This document shows positions 37,901 through 52,900 of a DNA stretch of 64,000 nucleotides, piece by piece. The stretch is taken from NCBI GenBank assembly GCA_002633005.1, contig NMRA01000384.1:349504-413503 (forward strand). Reading direction: 5' to 3'. The number at the start of each line of letters is the position of its first letter. Position 1 is the stretch's first letter. A model generated the notes under the pieces. It had not been told where the DNA came from, did no database searches, and was given only the letters and a program-made list of their open reading frames with translations. Position numbers and translations under genes: made by a program. The DNA comes from Phoronis australis (Eukaryota > Animalia > Phoronida).

Positions 37901-40900
37901 CGTACGGACCCTTGCCAACTCTCACCGTATCCCCACCCCTGCCATCAAGGAGTTCTGTCTCTTGCTGACGTAAGGCATTTTCCAGGCGTGCAATATAGTC
38001 CTGGGCATCCTTCAACTGGAAATGAAAACATGATATGCAATTAAAACCCTAAACCCTTTAAGAACACCCGGTTATTTGCATAGCCTCAAATTATCCCTTG
38101 AAGATGGCTGCAGACTAGGAGGTCTCAAAAGTCATCCGCGACGTCATCATCAATCCTAAGTGTGTCTCCTCATGCACTCTTAACTTCATGTTTAAGGTAG
38201 TTATTACTAGTGTGTCCCAGTATATACAACGGCATACTCCATTTTGAGTCACACGACTTGTGGTTTTGATTGATGTTCGCACATGCGCGCATGTGAAACA
38301 TTTCTGGGAGATAATTTGAGGCTACAAAAGCACCCAAAGTGTTTCGGATGCACTAAACCTTGTTTCATACTAGCAGTGACTAATGCTGAGGGGACATAAT
38401 CAACAAATGGTGGGAAGTAATTGGCACTTGAGACACGGCAAGAGGAATTTGTAACAGCAATGCTTTAATAGAATATTTATCTCTCAAGGAAGTAGTGAGC
38501 AGATAAGACCAACCAAGCATGCCGTAGACGCGATAACCTCGCGAAAATGCAAAATAATGCAAGACTTTGCGAGATATCGTCATATATTATGAGCAAAACT
38601 CATATTGCTTGCTATCAAGCTGCTTTGAAATTCACACAGGATTCTTGTTTTGGGTGTAATATCCAAAAATGGGTATGGGACTTTCTGAATGCAAGCCAAC
38701 TCCTACATAAGCCATTAGCCTACAGTAAAAAAGTTCAAAATATGAAATCAATAAACTAGACGTGACTTTCTTTTTGAGATAGTCAAGAATGATTTTGCGG
38801 CTTCATATGGTTTTTGAACATACTAGATTTTGGAAGAAAAAAACAGAATCATATGGTAAACAGTAACACGAAGGGTGTCAAAGAACGGTTTCATGCAATT
38901 AATTCCAGTTTGAAACTTGACTGTACTAATCGTTTTAACAGGAATCACTGCAATACATGTTATACGTACAGACATTGAGAAATGTAAGCATCAATGACTA
39001 CGACATGTGTTAGAAGGTGCACCACGTGAAAAAAGTGAGCGACTAAAATGTGACCGAAAAAACTAATTCTTTGGAATATTGCGACGACTGCTTAGTACTA
39101 CTGACTGAAGTACATGTGGCCTAAATATATTGCAAGTGAGTGTGAAAAGTGATTGCGAAAAGTTTTAAATGCTAGTTGACGGACAATGACTATAGCCATT
39201 ATTCATTCGCGTTCATGGTGCCGTAAAGAGTTTCAATAAAATTATACATTTTCAAACCATCAAATTTCCTTCTGCTTAGCCCAGCAGAAGGAGCAAACTG
39301 AATGTGCAAATGAAAAGAAAGTAAAAATGCCGGCTGTTGCACCATGCTCAAATGAACATAAAGGTAAACGTTGTTTTAGTTAATAAATAATTTTGGGTGT
39401 GCTAAAAAATTAGAATGTGCTAAATTGTAGAGTGGTTACCATATTAAAAGAATGATCATTGTTTGATTTAAAGTACATGTAACTTACTGGAGGTACTGAT
39501 TCAGAATGAAATTCATCAGTTTGCTGAAAAAGGATGTCATTCATTCATTCAATTATGTCACACCAAGTCAATCGAAAAACCAGCTGTCTCCAAAGTGCAG
39601 TTGTTTGTTTTTAAAATAAATCAGGACTGCAACAGAACTCTCAGACTTTGCTAAACTTGAGCAAACTTCTTGCCAGAGTTCTTCGGCAGTTCAGTTGAGC
39701 TTTTACTGCCATAAAACGGCATTTTTGTACAACTTTAGTAATTAGACACACTTGCATCTAGCTGCTAATTGTGAATACACTTGCAAGGTTGTCCCAATTT
39801 CAATAGTATGGAGCGACACCTGTTGGGATTTTGTCTAGATTTAGACGGGATAAAACATATTCTAGTTGGAAAGAATGTAAGGTTACAATTTGGTACAGCA
39901 AAATTTCGTCAAATTTTGGCATTGTCCAATGTATGAAAATTCAAGGCAAAAACTGAAAGGCAACACAAAATGGAAACAGTTAACTATTTCCAACTTGTCA
40001 AATGTGACATAAATAAGAGCTTTCATACCTTTTGATTGGCTGCTTCATCAGCCAATCGCATTTGCTGTTGAATATTTGCCAGCTCAGCATGGAGCTGGTC
40101 ATAAACAGCCTGGTCACTTGTATTCAACGACCCTAGCGAATCCTGGTGGTCTAAACTGGAAACATCGCCTCGTGGAGTTGGTTGTAAGAACTGATTAGGC
40201 AACAGGTTGTGATCTCCGCGTAGACGGTTGCCCTTGGTAACTCGTGTTGAACTTTCCTTCAGAGTAAAAAATTGACACTGGCGTAATGAATCTCGAAGCA
40301 ATATTTCACGCAATGAAACATCATGTTGGTTTCAAGACGCCTCAGTTTTCTTAAAAAAGTATTTAATAAATTTTTTACACTTTTAGTCTAAATCTTAAAG
40401 CAATTAGTGACTAATTAAATGACCCATAAAACTTATTTTAACTAGGTCATTCCATAATATTGATTCCCCACCAGATCTCAATTGTTTAATTCATGCCAAA
40501 ACAGCACTTTTTGAACAAAATTAAGTGCACTCGCTCATCTCCATGTGATTCTGGTTAATAGTTCATATCACCATTTTCCACAAAAACAAACAAGAGCAAC
40601 GCAGAGCGTTGAAATGCGCCCACAAATGCACCGTATACGGTATCCTTCTAGGGTTGTTTATTGGTATCATAAAGTGGCCAGTAGAGGGCATATATGTAGT
40701 ATGTTGTACTTTGCAAAACGGAAAGGCATGGTCATTGTCTCCTCAATAGGCTAGGTTTGAAAATGTGAGTGATCTTCATAATACAAGCACATCCTATGCA
40801 TCAGTTGCTTAAAGCACCACAGAAACATAGAATTAAAAACAAATTTACCAACATACGAGATTAGCATGGCATTAGAATGCCAGAAACAAATTTCTACTTG

Positions 40901-43900
40901 GAACTTTTCCTTCATAGTCACGAAGTAACACAAAGTATACACCTGAAGACCTATGAAAATACAAAGGTCAATGTGAAATACTTAAATTGCCACTAGAGGC
41001 ATACTGGTAGTCAGAATTATCCTAAAGTCGTCATCGTCCGTTGTCAACATCACAAAAATACACTTGCTAAATTTAGTAAAGATCCTGCAAACGGTTTGGG
41101 AGATACGGCCATGGGTGCAAAAAAAAACTGCCACTAGGAGGCGCCACAGTAATCAAAGTCATGGAAAATTCAGCGTCAACCGTCCTCTTCATAGTAAGAA
41201 CATACATGCCAATTTTCACAATCATACTTATAGCGGTTTGGTTGATAGAGGGGTGGACGCCAAAAAACAGACTCAAAAACAGTAAAAATGGCCACTGGGT
41301 GTCGCAAACTAGGTCGAATCCATCCGAAAACAAGAGGATAGCGTCATCGCACTAACAGGTGCCTACATACCAAATTTCATGAAAATCCGTTAAGGACTTG
41401 TGAAGATACAGAGGTAAACGTAAAAAATAAAATTGCCACTAGGGGGCACACTGGTAGGCAGATCCGTCCAAAAGTCGTCATCATCTGTTGTTAACATCAT
41501 ATAATTACACTTATTAAATTTCGTAAAGGTCCTGCGAACGGTTTAGGAGATACAGCCATAGGCGCAAAAAAAACAAAACTGCCACTAGTAATCACTAATA
41601 ATTTGACCAAGGAACAGTTTCACAGAAACATCATGATGGTAAGTGTCCTAAATCAATTTTCTTGTGATATAAGACAAGTCTATTGTTGTCACTTTAACAA
41701 CATTAGTGCTAGACTAGAAACAAAATCTTTCCGAGACCCAGACACTGCGCATTCGTCTTACCGAGCAGTAGCAAAGAAGACATCCTATACCTCCTATAAG
41801 ACAATTTCAATGACAATCAACAGCACTTAACAGAGAGAACACAGTACCATCATGACTCCACTATCACCATCTAACCTTGGGTGGTCCAGCGTGCCTCAGA
41901 GCCTGTCTCATGCTATCCACTTCTTTCCTGAGCCGCTCCAGTTCAGCATCTTTCACTCTGCTGCCGCGAGCTTTCTTCAGCTCTCCTTCAGTCTTCCTCA
42001 GCTGCTCTCGCAGTTTGTCGGCATCCTTCTGAGCCTAAAATGAAGGAATAAACAAAGTATTCGTTGACATCTAGAATGTGAATCACACTGACATCAAATG
42101 TCTCGGTTCGCCAAAAATGGTTATTTTTTACATCCCTTACAGTAAAGTTCACCAAAAAAATTCTTTGATAGGGTGAAGACTATACAGCTGCATGACTTGC
42201 AGATGATGGCAGGAGTATTGCCCGTTACATTGAATAACTTTTCACAAATCATACTATTAGTACTGGACACTCAAAAACCCAGGGACTGCAGCTGTTCTGT
42301 GATCACATTATACAAGTGATGAAACTTTTGCCTTCTCCCACTAAACTAAAGCCACAGGCCTGTGAAGTGACAAAAATGATTCACCTGTTTTTCCCTTTCT
42401 TTTGCCCTTGCAGCTGCTTCTCTCTGCCTTCCGAGTTTGTTCAACAGGTGTCCTTCTAAGTCTGCTACCACCGCCCCCACTTGGTCACCCTGATGGGGAG
42501 GATTGGGTCGAGCCTGCAAAACCATAGATGTGTTTATACGCATTGTCTGACGAAATGCAATGTGAAGATCTGCAAAACCAATGGAGTACATTTATTGAAA
42601 TCACCATTACAAAATTTATCTAGTAATTGCATCCACTTTAACTGTATTGTCCAAAAAATTTGAGACTTTTGAGAAAATTTTATGCGAGATTTGTTTCATA
42701 TTTACGTTGTATCTCCTCATCACTTTCTGATAAACAAAAGGCTGTGAGAGACTTCTGTAACCACGACAATATCAACTTAATTATGTATAGAAAAAAACAT
42801 ACTTTACTTTTTACAGAACACGAAAATTGAATTCGGTTAACTTTTTCAGCATGGGTGTTTTAACTCCTAAGTATGCTAAAAACTTGAACCAAAAAAAATG
42901 TGTCACTTTTACCAACACAATGTGTTCAGTCTCAAAACGTTAGTAGTGCTTCTTTGATGAGTTTCTTTGACCTTTATCCAGCGGCATTCAAGTTTGTCAA
43001 CATTCCAGATGGAAGGTAAATGAAAAAGAGCACTAACCTGCCTTGAAAGTTCGCAGGAATTCTGCCTTGAAACATCACCAGTTTTATGTGAGAACAAACA
43101 TCAATCTTTTCTTAAGACTCTGACCAATCTCACAGCATTCATTGAGTAAGCTTTCAGATTTTACACAACTCGATTGATCAATGTTCAAGTCGAGCCTCCA
43201 GTGATAGTTGATGGCCCAACTATATCCAGAGCCCCCGCATAACTCCCCTAAGCCCAGAGATCCCCACTNNNCCTCTCCTGGGCCTAGAGATCCCCACTAC
43301 TTCCCACCTACTGCCATAAGGCCCAGAGATCTTCAATGCCCACAACCTACTACCTCTGGGCCCAGAGATCTACAGTGCCCCCTAATAGCCTCTACTGGAA
43401 CCAGATGGCCCCAATGGCTCCCACTTACCTCCCCAGAGTCCAGGTGATCCAGTAGTTGCTGGAATCTATACTCCAACTCTTCAGGAGACACTGTCTCTTC
43501 TGCTCTGTCTCTATCTCTTTCTGCAAGCTGCTGTCTCAGTTGGTCATTGGCACGCTGGAATTGGTAGTCAATGGGTTTATTTACAATAATGAGCTTTAAA
43601 TAAATATACACAGATATGCTCCACTAAACCCAACTTCCATTTGAAATCAATCACATCCTGCTAGAAATTGATCTCCTCTTGAACCTTACTCAGACAAATG
43701 ACACGTTATGGAAACTAAGCTCAACAAGTTGTTGTTTGATGCACAGAAAGTAACATGGCTGCATGGGACTAGATGGTACCAGGCCTGAACAGCAAATGGC
43801 ATTACAAGACGATGCCACGCAGCTTAGCAAGAGAGATTATAATAGAATATAAATCATGGCACTGATTCATACAGTGGATGAAACGAGTGGCAATGAGCCG

Positions 43901-46900
43901 GGTGGAACACATGCAGTTTCAGAAATAATTATTCAAGCGAGAACGCAAGAGATAGCTTAAATTTTGAAAAGTGGTGGAAAACACAACTTCGATATGAAAC
44001 AGACTAAGAAATGTGTCAGCACACTGTCTTCTTTTATCCTTACAATTTAAACATACAGCAATTTACCTTCAGCATGGAGTAAAATTAGACATAATCTGAA
44101 TTACATGACCTTCTCACCTGAACTTCATTCAACTTTTCTGACAGTTGGGCATTCCTCTGGTTTCCCTTAGCACCAATCTCGCGTCGATCTGCCTGATAAC
44201 GGGAATTACAATTAAACAATCTTTGAAGCCAAACGATCAGAATACACAAAAAAATAACTAAAAATAGGTTAATCTGTAGGCCCTTGTAGACTAGTTTGTC
44301 AATTGGGTCAAATGTCTACAAAACTGTACAAACTAACTTAGTCTGGTATCTATCTGAAAGTAAAAATCTGACAAAAAAAATTGGCAAAATTTCATTTGAT
44401 ATAAACGTTCAAGACGAAATCTTCAAAAGTACTAGTCTCTTAAAATATCATTTCGTTTAATTTCAATTGATGCAACTCTGGGAGTTTATGTATAAAAATT
44501 ACAAGTCTTATTTTTGAAAGCCCTTCGTGAAAAATTAGTAATAAAAGCAATTCCAAGCAGCATTTTGAACATTTAGTATCTGAAAGTTTCATACGACTCT
44601 GATACATGATGTTCTGAATTTTGCCAAACTTAAATATTTTTCGAGAATCCTGGATAACCTCAAGAAAACATGGATGATCTTGAGGTACAGTAACTGTTGT
44701 TCCTTTAAAGTATATTCAACAGGCACAGGTCCCTTGTTCATAAAATCACACAACTAAAAGTGAACATCGATATTTCTTGGTCCATCTGAGAATCAAATCG
44801 AAACTACAACCTTTGCAGTAGTAGCCCAATCTCAACTGCTGAGTCAAATCCTACATGTTAATTGGCAGAGCAATTAAACAAATAGGGAATTAGTAACAAA
44901 ATCACAAAAAAAACACTTTGTTGGACTTTGTTTTTTTTATAGCTCTGGTCAAAGCTAATAACTTCAAGAAGTCTATCCCATCCAGCAACAAGGCCATCTG
45001 CGACATTACCAATGACAACGTTATGTATCTGCCCCTCGGCAGTTGCAATGCAACACTTGGCCAGTAGAGCTAAAATCAAGTGTGGTCAGACAAGTATTTT
45101 AAGGGTATTAACTTAATTGATAAGGCTACCAGCTTCAAATTCAGTTAATTCTATGAAATGTCCTGAAGTCAGTCTCATTAAGCAATTTCTAACGAAATCA
45201 AAAAACGGCATATTTTATTTTGATTAGCGGTTTTGTAGCTCTGGTCAAACACAAAACCTTCATAGCAGACTTTCAATACCAAGCCAGATGTGAAAAGACA
45301 CGTAAAAGACCAAAGCCACAATAACACACATACTACAGACATTAAAAATAATGTGTTCAGTAAGCACAACAAATCTTAGGCAATAAATTGTTTTCTGGAA
45401 TTATTAACTACCGGATGCTAAGTCTTTACTGTGAGAGGACAAACAAAACACTGAAGAAAATTCAATTCCCTCACCGCAGCCATTTTCCGTGCATCTTCAA
45501 GTTCTCGTCGAAGCCGATCAACCTCATTTTCAGCGGCTTCCAGTTGTGACGCCATCTGTGGGTCCACCTGATCTTGAAGTGTCTCGTTAAGTTGGCGTTG
45601 ATCACCCAAGGTCTGTTCCAATTCCTGCATTTTCTAGAAAAATCATAATTTATTTCACATTTAAGTTTTAGCCACACTCTTTAACCAGTATTGCTTAAAC
45701 CTAAAATCCTGTAATATGAGACTTAGTAATAACCCTATCGCAAGCTCTGCCCCCTTGTGAAATGTCAACAAACAAACAATACGTTTTACCACATAATGTG
45801 TTTTTTGTCAAATGGCGGCTTGGAAACAAAGGTGTTTCAAGAAAGCTGCATTCTGATTGGTCAGTTCAGCCGTCACTCAAAATTCTGGCGATAGGTCAAT
45901 TCCTAGCCATTACAGCTTCACTTTGAGCATAGAGCTGGAATTCAGGCTACAGGAACGAACATGATTCAAAAACTCGTGAAGAGAGCTCAATGATTCACAA
46001 ACACAGCCCTGCACTCACAAAACACAGAATCATTAGGCATCCAAAAACCAGGCATCTGTACACGTCTCACAAATTCATCACTTAGGCATGTTGGTAAGTG
46101 TGGCGTGTTTTTGAGTGAGTAGGCCGTGTGTTATGAGTGTGGGCAGTGTTAGTTAAGCAGTGAGAAGAGCTTACAAGTCCGCGGGCCGTGTTCATGAGAG
46201 AGTAAGCAGCGTTGTTCTGGTCATCAGAAGGTTTGAAAACCTCAACTGAATTGAAGCGATTAAATATTGGGCTAGCCAGTCCAGTGATTATATGAAGCAT
46301 GGTAGACTGTTAGGTGCTCAGGAAGTTACCATAATCCAACTTAAATACTACCATGAGTTCACAACCATGTTTAAGCCTGGTCTGCACCACAAATGTTGGA
46401 CATATCATGTGATGTGGCCAACAGGGGGTGTGCAGATCAGACTTTAAAATGTCTGTGATCTGTATTTCCATGCCCCTTCAAGAAATTAATTATTTATATA
46501 CTACCATGGGTTTTGATAAAAAGAACTAAAATATCAGGAAAATCTTCAGATTCTTAAATCAAAATGGTATCATTTGGATATCTTTTCTAGTTGTAATCAT
46601 AATATTCACACACACCATACCTTTCTAAGATTTACTAACTCCCCTGCCTCTGTATCCAAGATGCTCATTTCATTCTCCAATTGCCCGACCCGTTCTTGTA
46701 ACTCATCGCGTTCCCGCACAAGTCTATCCAAGTCCTGTCTCTGCTGTTCCGCCTTCCTGCCTTGTCCGGCCAAGTAGTCCTGTAGGCCGCGCACCACCGA
46801 CTCCAGCTCCTGACGCACTTCATCATTCACAGCAGCTTGACCTGCAAATGATATCAGTTGATCCGGGTTACGGCACCAACACACAATGAAACAATTCCAA

Positions 46901-49900
46901 GGCAAGCATGCAACTGAATATCTTATGACAGAGACACTTGGGCTGTCCTTTATTGTCGTTTGTCTGCATGAGACAACTAATTTATCTCTAAGAATTGCAT
47001 TATGCGATGTCTTAATTAACACACTTTAAATTTGGATCTACGATGGACTATGCAGCAAAACTGCAAGATTTAACTTCAATTCAATGTCCAGTCATACACC
47101 AGTTTCAGTGTGACTGCAGCTTGACTGTCTGACATGACCCCATGCGTTAATGATCACACCTAAAGCCTGAATTAACAAGTAACAGCATGCACACTTAGGG
47201 CAATACCTTACAAATGAAAGCAAAGTCACACATGAGAAAGAACCAAAAAGCACGTACCAGACACATAAAGAGGCATCAAGCCTACTTTAGAATACATAAA
47301 TTTCCCATACAGCATGTACCAATAGGAATGCTAATATTTTTCCGTCTATGTGTCTGTTGCAAAATAGGATAGATTAATAATGAAAGCCAACAATGGTTAA
47401 AACCAATAAAGCACCAGACAAACCGAGGACCTAAACTGATGAAGCCTTTATTCAATAGCACTACTTAAGTATATTCCAAGCAGCATGGTACACCAAGTTG
47501 AAAAATTGCTGTTCAGTCTGAATTTTCAAGGTCACATGACATGATCAAGATAAGGCAACAAAAAGTGATAAATATCTGTTAATATTTTGCAGAGAAGCTT
47601 TTTGAAATTCAGGAAGAAATACACACCAACTTACCGCGTACTTAGGAAGCACAGAAAGTATTGCACCGCGTTACAATCAACATTTCATTACAACTAGTCA
47701 AAAACATACTGGCATCTGAGCAGCTTGTTCTATGTTAGCATATTGAACTGGTGATAAAAGCGGGGAATTGGTAGGATGTGTTTTTGATCCCAGAACAAAT
47801 TTTATGTTTCTATACATTATAAAGCGTGACTTATTTAATCCTCAATTTCATGGAATAACTACTACAGCTTTAATACACTATCAGATGACAGGATGATGTT
47901 TTACCAAATCCCAAACAAAAGTCAATTTTTCCCAATTTTTCCACGTTTTTTAAATTCCTGTCAGTTGCTTGCCTGGAAAATTGATGAAATAGCCTCTAAA
48001 CTATCCGACTTCAAAAATATTCTGATTCAGGCCGAGTTTAAAATGTCACACATCAGACAAGGTATACAGTGAGGAAAGTATTTCAACCACAACCCTTCAT
48101 TCACCGTCGATGGTAATTTTTCACTTGAAATATTGAATACAACCTCCCTAAACATGTGATGCCAAAAAAATTAAAAACCATAAAACAATGTGTCTGCATG
48201 TTACCCTTAAAGTTGCCCAACATTCCACTAACAAATAAGAATTGGTGGACGGATGCATCCTTCTGCTGCTTCTGTGGCAGACTGTCTCCCACCTTTACAG
48301 CTCAATTAACTTTTGTATATTTTATTGATATCTGTCACAGTTAAGCTTTACTCAGTCATAATATATATGACCTTTTATCTCACCTTCACAATAGAGCCAT
48401 ACCTTCAGTTAGCTGTCGTTCGAGATCTTTGATTCCCTGCGTCTCCGCGGCAATGCGTCTCATCATTTCTTCTAGTTCCCTCTGTAGGTCATCGTAGAGT
48501 TGACTACGTGCGCTCAACTGCTGCTCTTCGTCTACCATTTCAGCCTTGACCTTGGGCTGTGCACAGAAAATTGAAATACTAGTTGATTAAAGCTCTACTG
48601 GGCGGGATATGTGAGAACTGAAAATGCACCACGACTTCAAATGAAAATAAAAACGTTCGTGATTATTAAATATGCTTACTGAAGTAGGCATTCCTCTACG
48701 TCAAACATTAAAATGGGTGAAGTCAAGCCCATCTTTAAGTGAGAATGAATGCAAGTTTGGAGAAATGGATAACCAACTAAAGCCTTTGAGAAGGTTTATT
48801 ATGGCAAAACAACGAGAGATGCACTCAGATCACATAATTATTGTTAGGAAAACATATATTACAGTAAAGTCTGTTTCTGACCCATATGAAAATGAAATAA
48901 AACAAGACTTGCCATGTGATATTCCGTCCCAACATAATAGGCTTACTAGATGTGAGCGTCGGGGATGTACATGGATTGCGCAGTTTTGTGTCAATATCTG
49001 AACACTGTGAAAATACTGTCTGAAAGACATTATCGATTTTACGACTGAAAAACAGTCATGTTTGGGCTCGATGTTGGATGAAATAATTTCTTGAAATTAT
49101 TAGTATTGACCAAAGAACGACATAAAACAAAATCCAGTGCTGGTGTCTTCACCACTAAAATACACTTAAAATTCTCCACTATCTAATGCATGGGATTTGG
49201 CTCAGCGGCAGAACATTTGGCTCTTACTGCCATGCTAAGTGGGTTCTTGATTCCACCCTACTACTAATTTCAGTTAGCAAATTACTTTTCTTACCAATAA
49301 TGTCCCTTTAAAATATGTCACTTGCCAAAAGAGTATTTCATAAATGTGTTTCAGCAGCACTGGTCAGTACCGCACGATTCATCTTACATACTTACATACA
49401 GATGATCGCGACTGTTCATTCGCCGCAACTGACCGCGCAAGTTATGGACTGTCTGCTCTGACACGTGCAGCTGACTGCGTGTACGTTTCATTTCATCCTC
49501 TATTTTCTCGGCTTCTTCTCTCAATTCGTTAACCTATGTGAAAATACCGATTATGATTTTCCAAATCCATTATTATAGCCATTTGTAGCAATGGTCACTT
49601 AACATCATCAGTAAGTATTCCCAGTCAAGGCCAGGTGATATCCAATCAATCTTGTGTAAACACCAAACTGCAATGGCCGAGTGTACGGATATGGAACACC
49701 AGAAAAGACAATAACTTTTTGATTCTAAGAAATAGATTTTTACATCATGATGATTCTCAACTCCTGAATATTACAACAGCGCATTTTGCTGTGAAAAACC
49801 AACACTTTCGAATGTCTGTAACTCTAAATAGTATTTTTTCAATTCTTCAATTTTGGCTGAGCTACATCGCACGTTTCTAAAAGTAAGTACAATAATATTT

Positions 49901-52900
49901 TTGACCTTCACAAGATTATAATTCTTCCCAATCCGAAATTCATTTTAATTAAACCGTGGCGTATGTCACAGGTCATTGGATGACAAAAATGCAGGGTTCA
50001 GTGGCAAGTGATCAAATGAGAAAAGCCGCAATACTCACAGTGAATATTTTCTGTCTCAACTCTTGTTGAATGTTTTCCTTCAAAGGTTCAGGCAATTGTT
50101 GACGAGGTAGAGCGTTGGTAGCACGACTCAACTCCTCAGTCACTTGCGCCATCTGTTGTTCACGTTTGTCAAGCTCTTGCTGTAACTTCTCCAACTTGTC
50201 CTCGGCTGTAAACAAGGGAGACAATTGTCGTTTAAGGGAGACGAATGTCGTTCAAAGGAGAAAGACCAAACACCATGCCCTACCATCTCTTCCGGTGTAG
50301 ACGAAATAACACACTAGAAAACAGTTCAACCTACGCTTATTAAGTTCACTGAATTGTGAGATCGAACTTTACATTGAATTTAGTACTTACATTGAGATAA
50401 CACATTGTTAACATGTTATGGTCACTAAATTGTACGCTTTGACTCCTCAATACAAAATTTCTATTCTTGCATTAGATCATCAGTCAATACAAACCTGTCT
50501 GTTTTTCATTAGGTCATTAGTCAATACAAACCTGTCCGTTTTACATTAGGTCATCAGTCAATACAAACCTGTCCGTTTTTTATTAGGTCAACAGTCAATA
50601 CATAGAATTCTAGAACTGGATTGCCAGTTTTGATCACGCATGGCTGAGGTCACACCGCGCATGGGTGGGTGATTTTCATTCATTTCTTCCTCAGAATATT
50701 TTATGGCCTATTGGTCTAAAGCATTGGAATTAGAGATTTGGGAAGTTGGCTGTGGGTACTACCACAGCTTCGTTGACAAGCGAAGCGAAAAGCCAACTAA
50801 AACAGATTACAATAATTTCAAAAATTTTACAATTGTCTCAAAATAAACCAACATGATTGAGCACCACCTGAGCTCTAATATGATACCAAAATCATATACC
50901 TAAGACAAGCAATAACGAAAGCACAGTCAGACACTTTTAAGGAAGTCTCTATCATGAAGAATTAGGGGTGGGCGGTAAGACGAGCCTGGGCGCTTAAAAA
51001 TGAAAAATTGAAATTTTCGGGGTGGGCGGTACGCCGAGCATGGGCGGTCGCCCGGATGAGTACGGTATTTCTAACACTGGGCCAATGGGAAAAGTGTCAC
51101 CTACTTCACCATTACTAAACCTTTTTGCAATTTTGTCGTTTTTCAACCGAATTGCATCAAGTCAGTTGAAAGACCTCTATGAACTCTTTATTTATTGACA
51201 CTAATATCATACACAGATGTAGGAGAGTATGATTATTTGACAAATTCACACACACACGCACGCACGCACACACACATTCAAGCAAAAACACATTTCGAGA
51301 CCAGATATAAAGTGTAAATTAACAAATAATCAAAGAAACAAACGAGACACAGAGGAACGTCTTCTACTGATTTTTTCATAAGGGTGTGCTACACACCCTT
51401 GACAAAGAGGGCATTCATATATTTGAAAGTATTGAAACAAATCCTTCCTAAAATGTTCAGTTGAAGGAGTAACATTTCTCAGCCTTGGGCAATAAATGTG
51501 ATACTTACCCAAATAATGAGTGATCTGAATTAATTTATTCAACATTGTACTTTTACAATTGAAAGAAAATATCCGTAGAGGAGAGTGTGAGTCGTCGCTA
51601 TTAGACACCAGTTTTAACGGATATATAAATCTTATATTGTACGTAGCTTACCAAGGTCAATTTCCTTCTGCTTGTCCGAGAGCTGTGCGTCCAAAGCCTG
51701 ATGTAGTTTTCCTCGCACTTCTTCGTCCATACTTGACGATTCGCCACGGCTGTCATTCCTGAGTGACCTCATTCTAACTGGCTGACCATGATTGGGCGTT
51801 GATGTCTCAAAGGCAAACTTATTATGTTTGTAGCGAGCCTTACCTATGTAGGGACTTTCCCCAATGAGGCCTTCACCTTCAAATTCCTGCTGCTACAGTA
51901 AAGGGACAAAGTACAGAACATAATTGGAAAGTATCCACAATTAAAGCATATTGTGTCTGTAGGCACAGTAAGACTTTTAAGTATAATTATAATATTTTAG
52001 ACCATATAAGAACCTTAGTTTTCAAATTGTGTGCAGTGAGCTCTTAGGCGGGTGGTAAAGCTGGGTCAAATCTTTCACAGATGATCATTTGAGTTTACTG
52101 TGCCTAGGGGGCTCCTGCATTCTGGTCATCACAGGCTTCATCTGATGTTATTAGGATTGTCTTGAGCCTGGCTATGGATTCCAGTGCATATTAAACCTAT
52201 CACAACCCTGATCCTCGATTGAGGTGGGGTAGACCAGACTAGATATGTAACGCAGTGATAGTTCATGTGTACACTGCGGGATATCATACAGTCAACAAAT
52301 ACCACTGACTGTAATTCTTCACATGTCAATATAATTATGCTTATCCTATAGTTTGACTTCAGCACAAAAATGTGTAAAATTGAATACCGCAATCACTGCA
52401 TTTACAAACCTCTCCGTTGGTTGCGTCAGGGATTGTGCCTAACTGAGCGAACTTGTGGTCTATTTTGTAAAACGCTAATTCTTGCTCCAGTTCATAATGT
52501 TTCTCACATGCCTTGGTCAACTCGGCCGTTTTTCTTTTCAACTGAAACATTCAAAGAGCAAAATGAAGGAACTGACACACGTAATGAAAGGCGCCCAACC
52601 ATCAAGTAAAAGAGACTGATTTCTATAGATTGACAGCAGTTACAGACTTCCGCGAGCAGTGAATGAACACTATTTTGTGCGAAATGGTTGAACTACAAAA
52701 CACTATCAAGTAATCGCTCGATGACTCAAGCCCTCTCTGCTTGGCCCAAAGGCCACAAGGGGGCACTAGTAGAAACCAAACATGAAGTTGTTGTAACCTA
52801 ATAGACAATTCCAAATTTTTTTTCCGTCCACAGTCTCAGAAGAGCTCAATGTGTGGGAACTTTTACAATTTTTTTCTCACCAGATCATTTTTCGTTTCTA

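Larger units (their letters stand above)
36663..38173. repeat. Tandem 755-bp duplication containing CNTRL exon 18
   Basis: Copies 36663-37417 and 37419-38173 joined by a single N at 37418. Confidence 0.92.
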
